Assembly (NCBI RefSeq): GCF_006345805.1
Contig: NC_043019.1
Span: 5,455,360 to 5,519,359, forward strand
Source: Octopus sinensis
Lineage: Eukaryota
Reading direction: 5' to 3'
DNA length: 64,000 nucleotides
The notes below the pieces were generated by a model. The model was given only the letters and a program-made list of their open reading frames with translations. It was not told the origin of the DNA and ran no database searches. The position numbers were made by a program, and so were the translations under genes. Positions 24,960 to 38,095 of the stretch are shown here, in pieces; the stretch's first letter is position 1, and every line of letters begins with the position of its first letter.

Positions 24960-25344
24960 ATAAGTGTGTGTGTATGTGTGTGTGTGTGTGTGTGTGTATG
25001 TGAGTATGTATGTGTGTGTGTATATATATTATACAAGCACACACATATGCATGCATATGTACATTCACACACACGCATATATATATACATACATAATACT
25101 TATATATATATATATATATACATACATATATATATATATATATCGATATGTATATCGATATGTATAAGTATATAGATATTGATACATACATATATTCACA
25201 CCACACATATATATATAATACTTATATATATATGTATATAATGTATATATAGATATATGTATGTATATATATGTATATATATACATATATATATATATAT
25301 AATATATAATATATTATGTATGTATTATATATATATAATACATA

Positions 25345-25381
<37 letters not shown>

Positions 25382-25453
25382 TACATATATATATATATAT
25401 ATTATATATATATACTGATACGCACACACACATATGATGTGCGCTCATATATA

Positions 25454-25496
<43 letters not shown>

Positions 25497-25645
25497 TTAT
25501 ATATAATACTTATACATATATACACTGACATATATATACATGTATATATATACTTATACATACACACACACATATATATGTATATATATAAAATGAATGT
25601 ATACACACGCACACAACACATAATATATGTATGTATGTATGCATC
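24960..25645. repeat. (TG)/(TA)-rich compound microsatellite
   Basis: Direct inspection. Confidence 0.9.
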
Positions 25646-25904
25646 TACATGTATGCGTATACTTTGCTATCAGAAGCAAGAAATTTTTCTGAAAGAAGAA
25701 AGAAGAAGACGAAAAAACAGAACAATCAGAGAGAATCTAAGCAAAAATAAAGAATCTTTTGATGTTTAGCGAAATATTTTTCTCCATCTATCGATCTTGG
25801 CGCCATTTTGTGAAGTCTGCCAGAATGTTCCCTGTATTAGACATTATACTGGCATGGCGCTCTTACCCTCGACCACCACCACCACACTTCCAATGGTTTA
25901 TATC

Positions 25905-25946
<42 letters not shown>

Positions 25947-26679
25947 ATTTGTTTGTTTGTTTGGGGAGGGGGTTCCTTTTGTCTTGAAACATTGATTCCA
26001 AAAATGGTAAGGAGAGCAGCGATCGATAACTACGGTTAGTTTCAAATGGGAAATGGCTTTAAAAGACTGCAGGTTGAAAGGCAACTCTTTTGGATTCACC
26101 ATTTGCATGTCTGCTCTGCCTGTCTTCGTGAAAAAGCGAGGGAAAGATGTGTGAATATATGTGTGTATGTCTTGTATGTATATGTGTATTGTACCTGTGT
26201 ATATGGCTGTGCAGTGTGTTGTTTCTGTGTGTGTATGTATGTATGTATGTATGTATGTATGTATGTATGTATGTATGTATGTATGTATGTATGTATGTGT
26301 GTGTGTGTGTATGTATGTGTGTGTGTATGTATGTATGTATGTATGTATACACGTGAGGAATGCTGAAAATTCCTGGCTTTGGGTTAAAGAAAATACACAA
26401 TAATCAATAATGATTTTTTTTTCAGTATATCGCCCTCTAAGATTCACTCATTGCAGCGGTCCTTCAGTTTTTCTAAGCCCTTTAAAAGAATTCGGAAGTT
26501 TGGGCCTCCAGCCAGACCTTTCGCGTACCCTTGAAGCCAGGAACTTTTCAGCACCCTCTCCTTATGTATGTATGTATGTATGTATGTGTGTATGTATGTA
26601 TGTATGTATGTATGTATGTATGTATGTATGTATGTGTGTATGTATGTATGTATGTATGTGTGTATGTATGTATGTTATG

Positions 26680-27225
26680 TCAGGTCACTTGCGAGTGCTG
26701 CTGGTAACATGTAACCCAGTACAACCTGTTGCATGGTCAGGTCGTCGGGGACTAAACCGGCAACCCCACGAAGCTTGCTTGGTGAGGAGGGTGCTTATTG
26801 GACACCCTGCGGGATGAAAAACAAAACCCATCAAAGGATGGAGGAAATCTTGAGAGTCAACGGTCATCTAATAAATGTCTTATGGCTGCATCATGCGCGG
26901 GGACATAGAAATAATCGGACTGAATACCCGATCGCGCGGTTAACCATTGGGAGTGAAGGACTCCAAGCCTTTGTTAGGGCATCCTTCTAGGAGAAGGTAA
27001 CTCAGGTAACTGGGATAACTCCGACATAAAACCTGCGGCTCAGTGGTTACCGATGATGTTGACTTGTTCTTCTTTTTGGATTATGGCTGCTGTTGCTTAG
27101 TGAGTGGGATTGACTCAGTGCACAGCCTTTCCTCACTTTAAAAAAATCTTCTTGCACAGGCATTGCACGATAACAACATTGATTAAGCTTCGCGCAATGG
27201 CCATACTCGATAACGAGGGGGCAGC
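26680..27225 (+). mobile_element. Probable LINE (RTE-like) 5' UTR fragment between (TATG)n tracts
   Basis: GC-richer segment with GGAGAAGGTAACTC..AAAACC, reminiscent of RTE 5' UTRs; no coding support. Confidence 0.35.
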
Positions 27226-27397
27226 CACCATGTATGTATGTATGTATGTATGTATGTATGTATGTATGTATATTGTATAGAATTGTAAAATCGACACCGC
27301 TTACCAAATCATCGCAGAAAACGCAGATGTATGTTTGTTTAGATAAACAACACTATGAAATTATAGTTCTTAACTCTGGAGGAGTGCAGCGAGGGGA

Positions 27398-27465
27398 GTC
27401 GTTGGTGTAATGGTAGCATAGTTGTCGGGAAAGCATAGAGGTCTGGGCTCGAGTCGAACGCGTGC
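27398..27465 (+). pseudogene. Degenerate tRNA-Gly-like sequence or SINE head
   Basis: CGTTGGTGTAATGGTAGCATAG resembles the tRNA-Gly 5' half, but the anticodon and T arms do not fold. Confidence 0.35.
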
Positions 27466-28014
27466 TGAAAACCCTAATGTTTTTTTTCCATTTAGGGGCT
27501 TATATACCCCAATATTAGACTACCTTATTTAGTCAATGCACGGTGATCACTTATAAATTTTAAGCTTATAAAATATTATTATTATTATTATTATTATTAT
27601 GAAATATTATCATTTGGAAATATTATATATATAATCATTAATATGGTTAAGAGCTCTCTTGTTTAAGAACTTCCAGTTGTTCAATCGACTGAACAACCTA
27701 CTCACTGAATTTGCATATTGTTGCTTGAGGATGCCATAGATGTGTGCACGCAATCCTTGGATAGAATCAGCGTGACATGACATGACACGGCATGTTATGA
27801 CACTGGATAGTACCGTGTAATACAATGTGATAGTCATGAGACTTGGGATTGAACCAGCAGTATGGCACCTAGGGACCGGATTTTACCATAATTTCTGTTT
27901 GTCCCACAACTTGCCAATGTGGGTTGTGTGTGTGTGTTTTATGTGTATACAAAATGTTTGTGTAGCTGTATTTTATGAATCTGTCTATACACATACATAG
28001 TTAATCCAAACAGT

Positions 28015-28395
28015 GGAGCTGCAATGACACAGTGGTTAGGGCAGCGGACTCGCGGTCATAGGGTCGCGGTTTCGATTCCCAGACCGGGCGTTGTGAGTGT
28101 TTATTGAGCGAAAACACCTAAAGCTCCACGAGGCTCCGGCAGGGGATGGTGGTGATCCCTGCTGTACTCTTTCACCACAACTTCCTCTCACTCTTACTTC
28201 CTGTTTCTGTTGTACCTGTATTTCAAAGGGCCGGCCTTGTCACTCTCTGTGTCACGCTGAATATCCCCGAGAACTACGTTAAGGGTACACGTGTCTGTGG
28301 AGTGCTCAGCCACTTACACGTTAATTTCACGAGCAGGCTGTTCTGTTGATCGTATCAACCGGGACCCTCATCGTCGTAACCGACGGAGTGCTTCC
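28015..28395 (+). mobile_element. tRNA-derived SINE, head A + tail 2 (chimeric)
   Basis: Head as at 11197; tail from TGTACCTGTATTTCAAAGGGCC onward as at 11935. Confidence 0.8.
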
Positions 28396-28500
28396 ATCCA
28401 TAATCCAAACATGAAGACACAAAGAGAAAACACAACAACGCGAGGACGTGGAACAAATATAGTATTATTGGACGCTCAGGAAGGAAGAGAAGAAGGAGGG

Positions 28501-28535
28501 TGTAACGTTTCGAGCGGAGCTCTTCGTCAGAAACA
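28501..28535 (-). ncRNA. Minimal hammerhead, type C (canonical CUGACGA)
   Basis: UGUUU-CUGACGA-A-GAGC(UCC)GCUC-GAAA-C-GUU-ACA; stem I imperfect in this copy. Confidence 0.55.
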
Positions 28536-29452
28536 TAGGAAAAGGAAAGATCCAAGGAAGGGAAGACGGAGGAACTAATCGCCAACGGTACACACGCGGT
28601 CACATACATTCAGGCCCTGGAATATATAGCACACTGCCTAAATACCAATCTTGAGAAATGAGGCTTCTTAAAACCAGAAAGGAGAGAGCTGATTCGAAGA
28701 CTACAGATCCAATCCATCACTGGAACTGTAAAAATCTGTAAAACTTTCCAGAAGTTTATCATTTAAGTTTATATGACCTTGTCTAGATATGCAACTATAT
28801 GCATGAGAATAGATACATAAAATATACAAATCTGCGCATACATACATACATACATGAATCCATGCATACATATATATATATATACATAATACACTCAAAC
28901 AAAATTACCCCTGCCGTTGGTGTTGAAATTCCAATGAAGGAGCTTTGGATCTAGGTTAGAAACCGGTTCTTCCTCTATTGGCAAAAAAATCTTCAAATAA
29001 TCTGAATAATGACATACCTACATGCATACATAAATATGCAGCACAGAATTTTGTCAGTGAACAGATGGCGGTTTCGAAGCGGCGAAAATATTTTGACGAA
29101 TGAGATTTGATTGTTGAAGTGAATCTAACGGTTTTTATGTATTTTTAAACGGCTTATAAACACCTTTCACGCTGCAATTGTTTTGGTTTCGGCACACGAT
29201 CTCAGATCAAGTCAGCTGCTATGCAAGTACATCTCCATAATAATGGCAAGTTGGCAGAAACTTTAACACGCAGGGCGAAATCTTTAGCGGTATTTCGTCT
29301 GTCTTTATGTTCTGAGTTCAAATTCCGCCGAGGTCGACTTTGCCTTTCATCTTTTCGGGGTGGATAAATTAAGTACCAGTTGCGTACTGGGGTAGATTTA
29401 ATCGACTGGCCCCCTCCCCCAAAATTTCGGGTCTTGTGTCTAGAGTAGAAAA

Positions 29453-29503
<51 letters not shown>

Positions 29504-29894
29504 CTTTATAAAAAAGCTTACTCCTTTTTATTCTTTCATACTTTTATTTGTTTCAGTCATTTTACTGCGACCATGCTGGAGCACCGCCTTTAGTCGAACA
29601 AATCGTCCCCAGGGCTTATTCTTTGTAAGCCTAGTACTTATTCTATCGGTTCCTTTTGCCGAACCGCTAAGTTACGGGGACGTAAGCGTACCAACCTCGG
29701 TTGTCAAGCGTTGATGGGGGACAAACACAGATACATAAACACACATGCACACTCACACTTACGATGGGCTTCTTTATATATATATATATATCCATAGTGT
29801 CATATATACTTATTTTTTTTATTACCCACAAGGAGTTAAACATAGAGGGGACAAACAAGGACAGACAAACGGATTAAGTCGATTACATTGACCC

Positions 29895-29994
29895 NNNNNN
29901 NNNNNNNNNNNNNNNNNNNNNNNNNNNNNNNNNNNNNNNNNNNNNNNNNNNNNNNNNNNNNNNNNNNNNNNNNNNNNNNNNNNNNNNNNNNNNN
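29895..29994. other. Assembly gap (100 N)
   Basis: Run of N; contiguity across it is not guaranteed. Confidence 0.99.
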
Positions 29995-30310
29995 CAAGAC
30001 ATTGCTGCTATGATGTGATCAGACAGGAATCTAGTGATCCAAGAGATGAGAGGTGGGTAGAGTCATGGATGGGAATTTTTGATTAGAAAGTCATATGCAA
30101 GACGTGGTCAAAGGCTTTGCTGTTGTATAGAATAACAATATTGCTTTTACCTTATTTCTTCTATAAAATGAGAACTTACTGGTGGGGGACATAAGTAAGT
30201 AGATTCCTTGTGGATCTGGTTCTGTGGGGGCTGTAGCAGCAAGGCCAAAAATAAGGATACTCTCCTCAAGATGAAAATCAGAACAGTGTTTTCAGCTTCA
30301 CTTCATGGGA
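29995..30310 (-). mobile_element. LINE RT fragment (CR1/L2/Jockey-like)
   Basis: The minus strand gives a degenerate SKAFDHV.H..L..KI....P.LISWITRFLSD RT motif. Confidence 0.6.
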
Positions 30311-30384
30311 ATCTGCAGAATTCAACAGTTGTTCACACACTCATGCACTTCCCTAACCTTTGACCTGACAAACCGAATGAAACA

Positions 30385-30429
<45 letters not shown>

Positions 30430-30614
30430 CAACGAACTTCTGTCAGTTTCCGTCTACCAAATCCACTCAAACTGCTTTGGTGGGCCTAAGGTTATAGTGG
30501 AAGACACTTGCTCAAGGTGACATACAGTGGGACTGAACCTGGAACCATGTGGTTGGGAAGCAAGCTTCTTACCATGCAGCCATGCCTGCACCTATCCTTC
30601 TCTCTATATATATC

Positions 30615-30822
30615 TATATTCTCTTTTACTCTTTTACTTGTTTCAGTCATTTGACTGCGGCCATGCTGAAGCACCACCTTTAATCGAGCAACTCCACCCC
30701 GGGACTTATTTTTTGTAAGCCTAGTAGTTATTATATTGGTCTCCTTTGCCGAACCGCTAAGTTACGGGGACGTAAACACACCAGCTTTCGGTTGTCAAGC
30801 AATGCTAGGGGGACAAACACAA

Positions 30823-30853
<31 letters not shown>

Positions 30854-31015
30854 CACGACAGGCTTCTTTCAGTTTCCATCTACCAAATCCACTCCCAAGG
30901 TTTTGGTCGGCCCGAGGGCTATAGTAGAAGACACTTTCCCAAGGTGCCACGCAGTGGGATGAACCCGGACCATGTGGTTGGTAACAAGCTACTTACCACA
31001 CAGCCACTCCTGCAC
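30615..31015 (-). mobile_element. SINE S1, full length
   Basis: Reverse-complement match; a second head fragment lies at ~30420-30590. Confidence 0.85.
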
Positions 31016-31809
31016 CTATATATCTATATATATAATATATATATATTTATTATATATATATATATATAGTATGCATGAACATATATATTATACATAAGTA
31101 TATCCATATCCATCCATCCATACATCCTACATATCCATACCCAAACACAAGATATGTATACAATTAAATGAACTTTTCAAGGTCATAAATCGAAAAAGAT
31201 GTTTACTACAATTAAATGATTTTTTTTCTTTTATCATTTTTACAAAATATAAAACTCTGTTACATTAATGGTTTAGAATTGTATAAAATTACTCAGATTT
31301 TTATGTTTTGGTGTCAAAATTGCTGTAATCTTTTAAAGGAAAATATTTTTATATTTATGTAGTGCAAAAAAAAAAATTAAGGGTTTCATTCCATTATCTT
31401 GTTTTTGTTTTTTGTTTTTTTTTTTTCTATTCAGTCCTCTTCACATCTATCTTCTATCTTCTCCCCATCTCTCCTCTTCCTCTCTCTCTTTTTCCCTCTC
31501 CCTCTCTATCTATTTATCTATATCTCTAAATCTATCATTATATCTTACTTCCACCTTCTCTATATTTCTTACTCTCCCTACTCTCCCTACTTCACCAGTT
31601 CCCTCTCTCTATCATCCGTCTGTCTTTCTATCTCACCTCTATCTCTCTCTCTCTCCTCTCATCTTATCTCTGTATTTGTCTCACTCACTCCACCTATCAC
31701 CCTTTCTCCCCACTACATCTTCCACCCCTTCTCTCTCACTTTTTCTATCGCTCTATCTGCTACAAAAGAAACTCCATCAGCCTCTACCTTCTCCCGTGCT
31801 CTGGTGTGT

Positions 31810-31836
31810 GCGAGTGTGCGAGTATGCATTGTATAC

Positions 31837-31876
<40 letters not shown>

Positions 31877-32370
31877 TGCGTGTATGTGTGTGTGTGAGTC
31901 TACATTGTATGCCTATGTGTGTGTGTGTATTTGCGTGTAAGTGTGTGTGTGTTTGCGTGTGTGTGTGTGAGTATACATTGTATGCCTATGCCTATGTGTG
32001 TGTGTATTGCGTGTATGTGTGTGTGTGTGTGTGTGAGTATGCATTGTATGCCTATGTGTGTGTGTATTGCGTGTATGTGTGTGTGTGTAAGTGTACATTG
32101 TATGCCTATGTGTGTATGTGTTTGTTTGTGAGTATGCATTGTATGCCTATGTGTGTGTGTATTGCGTGTATGTGTGTGTGTGTGTGTGAGTATGCATTGT
32201 ATGCCTATGTGTGTGTGTATTGCGTGTATGTGTGTGTAAGTGTACATTGTATGCCTATGTGTGTATGTGTGAGTATGCATTGTATGCCTATGTGTGTGTG
32301 TATTGCGTGTATGTGTGTGTGTGTGAGTATGCATTGTATGCCTATGTGTGTGTGTATTGCGTGTGTGTGT
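31810..32370. repeat. ~45-55 bp minisatellite (GAGTATGCATTGTATGCCTATGTGTGTGTGTATTGCGTGTATGTG..), about 10 units
   Basis: Direct inspection. Confidence 0.9.
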
Positions 32371-32734
32371 TGTACTGTTCAATAAAACCCGTCCAACAAA
32401 GCGCCATCATCATCCTGCCCTACATTTCCATCAATGGCAGTTGCTGCTTTCCTTCCAGTCAATATCGATGCCAACAACACAACGACGACGACGACCACCA
32501 CCACCATGGCGACGGCGACGCGAAGAAACGGCTGCTGCTGCTGTTGCTTACGCCGCCATGATGGCGTCACTGACAACAGAGAAAAAGGAGAGACACAGTT
32601 ACCTCCCTTCTGCTACATTTATCTCCATTTTTGAGTGGCTTCTTCACTTCTCACCCCCCCCCCATCGTTTCATAGCTAATTAGCTTAATGGCAAACCATA
32701 GATGTGGGTGTACCTTTATAATATGTGCAGGGAT

Positions 32735-32837
32735 ATATGTAAATACATACGTATGTATGTGTGTATATGTATGTATGTATATAATTATATATATTATATA
32801 TATATATATTACATACAATATATATCTACATACATAT

Positions 32838-32869
<32 letters not shown>

Positions 32870-32997
32870 GTATGTATATATATATATATTATATATATAA
32901 ATATATATATACAAATGCATACATATATATACATATACACATACACATACACATACACCACACATATATATATAAGGATACATATTATGTATGTATA

Positions 32998-33035
<38 letters not shown>

Positions 33036-33196
33036 CACATGCATACATACATACATGTATATACACATACACACGCATATATATAAGAATACATATATGT
33101 ATGTATATGTGTGTGTATATATATATATATATATAGACATTTGCTTGTTGTGTTGTTCCTACACCTGTCTGTCTTTGTTTTTCTCTAAATTTGAAC

Positions 33197-33282
<86 letters not shown>

Positions 33283-33340
33283 CATATATGTATCCATATA
33301 TATGTGTGTGTATGTGTATATATATGTATGTATGCATAGA
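32735..33340. repeat. (TA)/(CA)/(TG) compound microsatellite
   Basis: Direct inspection. Confidence 0.9.
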
Positions 33341-33455
33341 GAGAGCAATAAGAAAATGGAGGGGATTAATAGGTGGTTCATCAACTTTTAGACATTATAT
33401 TATGTCAACTTATTTATTTATTTACTAAAATGACAATTACAAGAATATACATACA
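33340..33455. repeat. ~115 bp dispersed repeat with an inverted copy at ~40460-40570
   Basis: GAGAGCAATAAGAAAATGGAGGGG..AAAATGACAATTACAAGAATATAC and its reverse complement. Confidence 0.7.
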
Positions 33456-34378
33456 TGTATAACATATTATGCTTTACATATAAAATATAAAATATATTGA
33501 TATATAAAGATACCAGTAATTATTACAATATAACATACAGGAATATAAATTGGGAAAATAAAAAATATATATATATGTATGTGTACATACATATATGTAT
33601 ATACATTTAGTATATATACATGTATCTATACACACAGATAAAGGGTGAAATATAATTAATTTAATAAAATCAACAAATTTCACCAAGTAGTGTTTCGGTA
33701 TGGAAAAGGACCATATTCGGTAAAATTATATATAATTATAACAATGAGGGTTTTTGAAACAGGTTGCTAGACCACATACCGAAAGTATTAGAAATAGCAG
33801 CCAGACAACTATTATTTCTTTTACTACAAAAATATGTCCCACAAACAACAGTATTTGCAACACACTATGGCAAAAAAAAAACGAAGAAAAACAACGAAAT
33901 CAAACGTGTGTGTATATTTATACCATCATCATCTTCATCATCCTTCAATGTCCCTTGTTTCATGCTGGCATGGGTTGAACAGTTTGATAAGAACTTAAGA
34001 ACTGAGAAGCCAGAAGGTTCTGCCAGGTTCTTTGTGTGGCTTGGCATTGTTTCTACAGCTGGATGCCCTTCCTAACACCAACCACTTAACAGGGTGTAAT
34101 GGGTTCTGTCTATGTGGCACCAACACCAGTGAGATCACCAGGTACCCATAAAATAAGACCCCCCAACTGAGTAGGGTATAAACTGGAGAAAGAAACTATG
34201 ATTGAGTGAGAGTAGTAGGTGTCTTGCTGAAGATGTGAATACATGGCTTGCTTACCTGGAAAATAAGGGAGAGAAAGAGAGAAAGAGAGAGAGAGGGGGG
34301 GGAGATGTGAGGTCCAAGTATAACCTGAGTACGAGAGAAAGTGAAAGGTGCTCTTTGTTGAAATGGTGTGACAAATGA

Positions 34379-34611
34379 TTAACCTTTTAGTGTTCGCATT
34401 ATTCTGCCAAAATTAATCCCTTTTTATCCACATTGCCTTGAACTAATCATGCATTAATCTTGGTGCTATGAGATTTTGATGAGGTAGCTGTTAATTTTTA
34501 GAATGATATTGTAGGGTTGGTGTGAGAGACCAGATCTGGCCAGTTTGAACATAAAACAGGCAGAATACTTTTGGCCAGATATGGGGGCCGGTTTAAATGC
34601 TAAAGGGTTAA
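34379..34611. mobile_element. TTAA-flanked (piggyBac-like) MITE
   Basis: TTAACCTTTTAG ... CTAAAGGGTTAA. Confidence 0.7.
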
Positions 34612-35169
34612 AATAGGGAAAGAGTTAGATGCTGAGGGATATCAGTTCGGTATTGCTAGAAGTGAGGAAAACAGACGATAAATTATGGGGGAAGGTTTGA
34701 CAGACCCTCAATTCTGCTGAAATGTATGTGGGTCTTCTCAAGCAAAGCATTGATCTTGGTCCTTCTTCATCTCCTCCAACAGGCTCAACATTTTGAAGTC
34801 AGTCTTCACCACTTCATCTCTCATCTCTTCCTAGCTCTGTGAGGGCATGTGGCTTAGTGGTTAGGGCATTCAGCTCATGATCGTAAGGTTGTGAGTTCGA
34901 TTCCCGGCAACGCGTTGTGTCCTTGAGCAAGACACTTTATTTCACGTTGCTCCAGTCCACTCAGCTGGCAAAAATGAGTTGTACCTGTATTTCAAAGGGC
35001 CAGCCTTGTCACACTCTGTGTCACGCTGAATCTCCTTGTGAACTACGTTAAGGGTACATGTGTCTGTGGAGTGCTCAGCCATTTGCACGTTAATTTCACG
35101 AGCAAGCTGTTCCGTTGATCGTATCAGCTGGGACCCTCATCGTCGCAACCGACGGAGTGCTCCTTTCCC

Positions 35170-37269
35170 TAGCTCTACCTCTTCCCTATATTCCTTCTGT
35201 ATTTAGCAACTGGCACTTCTTTATATAGTTGTCTTCATCCATTTGCATCCCATGACCATACCAGTGCAATCTTCTCTCTTGTATACCACATATGATGCCT
35301 CTTATGCCCAATTTTTCTATATATCCTTTGTCGTGCATGAACACCAACATTGCACATCCATCACAACATAGCCATTTAATTTCTTTCAAGTTTTCACTTG
35401 TCCTTTGCATTCACAGCCCAAGTTTCGCAGCCATGTAGCATTGCTGTTCACACAGCAGCATCATACAATCTGCCTTACATTCTGAGAGAGAGGCCTTTTG
35501 TTACCAACAGAGTTAAAAGTTTGTAACAGGATGAGAAGGACTGTAACCCTGGATGGGTGCAGCTCTCATCCTTTACCGTAAAATATTAATCGAAGGAAAG
35601 AATCAGGACTTCCGATTAACTTCTACAGCATAAATATTTTATTTCTGGATTTGCAATATATATATTCTTCTTCAGGGCGAATCGGCAGCCTAGGAGCTTA
35701 TCGCAGTAGTCCCGTGGAATGAGCCAAATCCTGTCCATTCAAGCATAGCGGAGATATGCCATGAGGTGACAGCTTGGAGAGAGCTGTTAAAACATGACCA
35801 TCCTGTTTGACTGTCAGCATTTGAGAGAGGTCGATACGCGGGAAATTCTGCTGCTGCTAGTTTTCTGCGCATGCGCATGAGGGAACTTCCAGCAGGCCTC
35901 CCGGAAGAATCCAAACTCTGCACATGTGTGCTGAAGATTTCCAGAATGGCATCACTACACATTCATAGCTCAAGTTTTGCAGCCATGTAGCATTGCTGTT
36001 CACACAGAGGCATCATACAATCTGTCTTTCATTCTGAGAGAGAAGCCTTTTGTTACCAACGGAGTTAAAAGTTCTCTGAATGTTCTTCAGCCAATTTGTA
36101 TTCTGGCACCTATGCTTTCAGAGCATCCTCTTTCACTGTTAATTAGACTACTTAGGTAGCAGAAACTATCAGCGAGCTGGCTAAGGCGGCGAGCTGGCAG
36201 AAACGTTAGCACGCCGGGCGTTATGCTTAGCTGTATTTCGTCTGCCACTACGTTCTGAGTTCAAATTCCGCCGGGATCGACTTTGCCTTTCATCCTTTCA
36301 GGGTCGATTAAATAAGTACCAGTTGCGCACTGGGGTTGATATAATTGACTTAATCCGATTGTCTGACCTTGTTTGTCCCTTCTGTGTGTAGCCTCTTGTG
36401 GGCAGTAAAGGAATAGGTATTTCATCTGCCACTACGTTCTGAGTTCAAATTCTGCTGAGGTCGACTTTGCCTTTCATCCTTTCAGGGTCGATTAAATAAG
36501 TACCAGTTGCGCACTGGGGTTGATATAATTGACTTAATCCGATTGTCTGACCTTGTTTGTCCCTTGTGTGTGTAGCCTCTTGTGGGCAGTAAAGGAATAG
36601 GTATTTCATCTGCCACTACGTTCTGAGTTCAAATTCTGCCGGTCGACTTTGCCTTTCATCCTTTCAGAGTCGATTAAATAAGTACCAGTTGCGCACTGGG
36701 GTCAATATAATCGACTTAATCCGAGTGTCTGTCCTTGTTTGTCCCTTCTGTGTGTAGCCCCTTGTGGGCAGTAAAGGAATAAGAAACTATCGACCACTTC
36801 TAGGGATCCTCCTGAGCATATCAGAACCGTTATTTCTCATGTGCTCTTACCATTTATTGCTCCTGCACATCTGCTACAAATAAATTCTTTCTCTTTAGTC
36901 TTCTTTTGATTCCACTGCACCTCTTATGTGTCCATAATTTGCACTGAGCACACTGTATGGAATTTCTACCTGCACCTTGTCTATATATGGAACAGGGCCA
37001 TTTATCTAAAGGGATTAGTGTTTTGTCTGTTTTCCTGCTAATTAGAACTTGATACTACTCCTTGGTGTGGTCTTCCTCTGTTAATAATAATATTCAGAAA
37101 ATTGAAGAATTCCAAGGTATACTCTCTCTTTTACTCTTTTACTTATTTCAGTCATTTGACTGCGGCCATGCTGGAGCACCGCCTTTAGTCGAGCGAATCG
37201 ACCCCGGGACTTATTCTTTGTAAGCCCAGTACTTATTCTATCGGTCTCTTTTGCCGAACCGCTAAGTGG

Positions 37270-37319
<50 letters not shown>

Positions 37320-37490
37320 TCAATCATCTCAGTCCTTTGTCGTCTCTTTCATAAGGTTCAGCACTTTGAGATCGGCCCTTGCTACTTCAACCCATGTCTT
37401 CCTAGGTCTCTCTCTTCCACAAGTTTAATCCACTTTAAGTGATCAGTACTTCTTTATACAGCTGTCCTCATTCCCCATCCATATGCTGCT
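35170..37490 (-). mobile_element. Fragmented RTE-clade LINE, interrupted by several insertions
   Basis: Pieces KWPCSIYRQG.GRNSIQCAQCKLWTHKRCSGI (~36850-37010), GIQERRLHWYGHGMQMDED (~35190-35330) and RPRKTWVEVARADL (~37340-37420). Confidence 0.7.
35522..35959. mobile_element. 438 bp TGTAA...CTACA insert (solo-LTR-like) flanked by a 114 bp duplication
   Basis: TG..CA ends; direct repeats at 35408-35521 and 35960-36073. Confidence 0.45.
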
Positions 37491-37979
37491 TGCGAAGACC
37501 TGTCGAGGCAAGTGAAATCAAAATCAAATTCAATGACGGCACTGCATGACTGGCATCTGTGCTAGTGGAGCGCTAAGAGCGCCACCCGAGCGTGATTGTT
37601 GCCAGGGCCAATAACTTGGCTCCCCATGCCAGTGACACGTAAAGAGCACCATTTGACCTTGATCGTTACCAGCGTCACCTTACTGGTACATGAAAAACAA
37701 TATTCGAGCGATAGTGTTGCCAGTGCCGCTGGACTGGCTCCTGTGCAGGTGGCACATAAAAACCACCATTTGAGCATGGCCGTTGCCAGTACTGCCTGAC
37801 TGGCCGTCGTGCCAGTGGTACATAAAAGCACCCACTACACTCTCGGAGTCGTTGGTGTTAGGAAGGGCATCCAGCTGTAGAAACTCTGCCAGATCAAGAT
37901 TGGAGTCTGGCGCAGCCATCTGGTTCACCAGTCTCCAGTCAAAACCACCCAACCCATGCCAGCATGGAAAGCGGACGTT

Positions 37980-38029
37980 AAACGATGATGATGATGATGA
38001 TGGTGATGGTGATGATGGTGATGGTGATG

Positions 38030-38061
<32 letters not shown>

Positions 38062-38095
38062 GATGTTGATGATGATACTGATGATGATGATGATC
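37980..38095. repeat. (GAT)n/(GGT)n microsatellite; a similar tract at 38470-38655
   Basis: Direct inspection; tails of the (GAT)n retroposon. Confidence 0.9.

Noticed and set aside
31399-33391. CV-, YI- and HT-rich ORFs (also at 24.9-26.4 kb and 51.6-53.8 kb)
   Set aside because: Dinucleotide repeat and minisatellite artefacts.
33690-33730. Minus-strand ..CCATACCGAAAC as a hammerhead remnant
   Set aside because: No CUGAnGA core.
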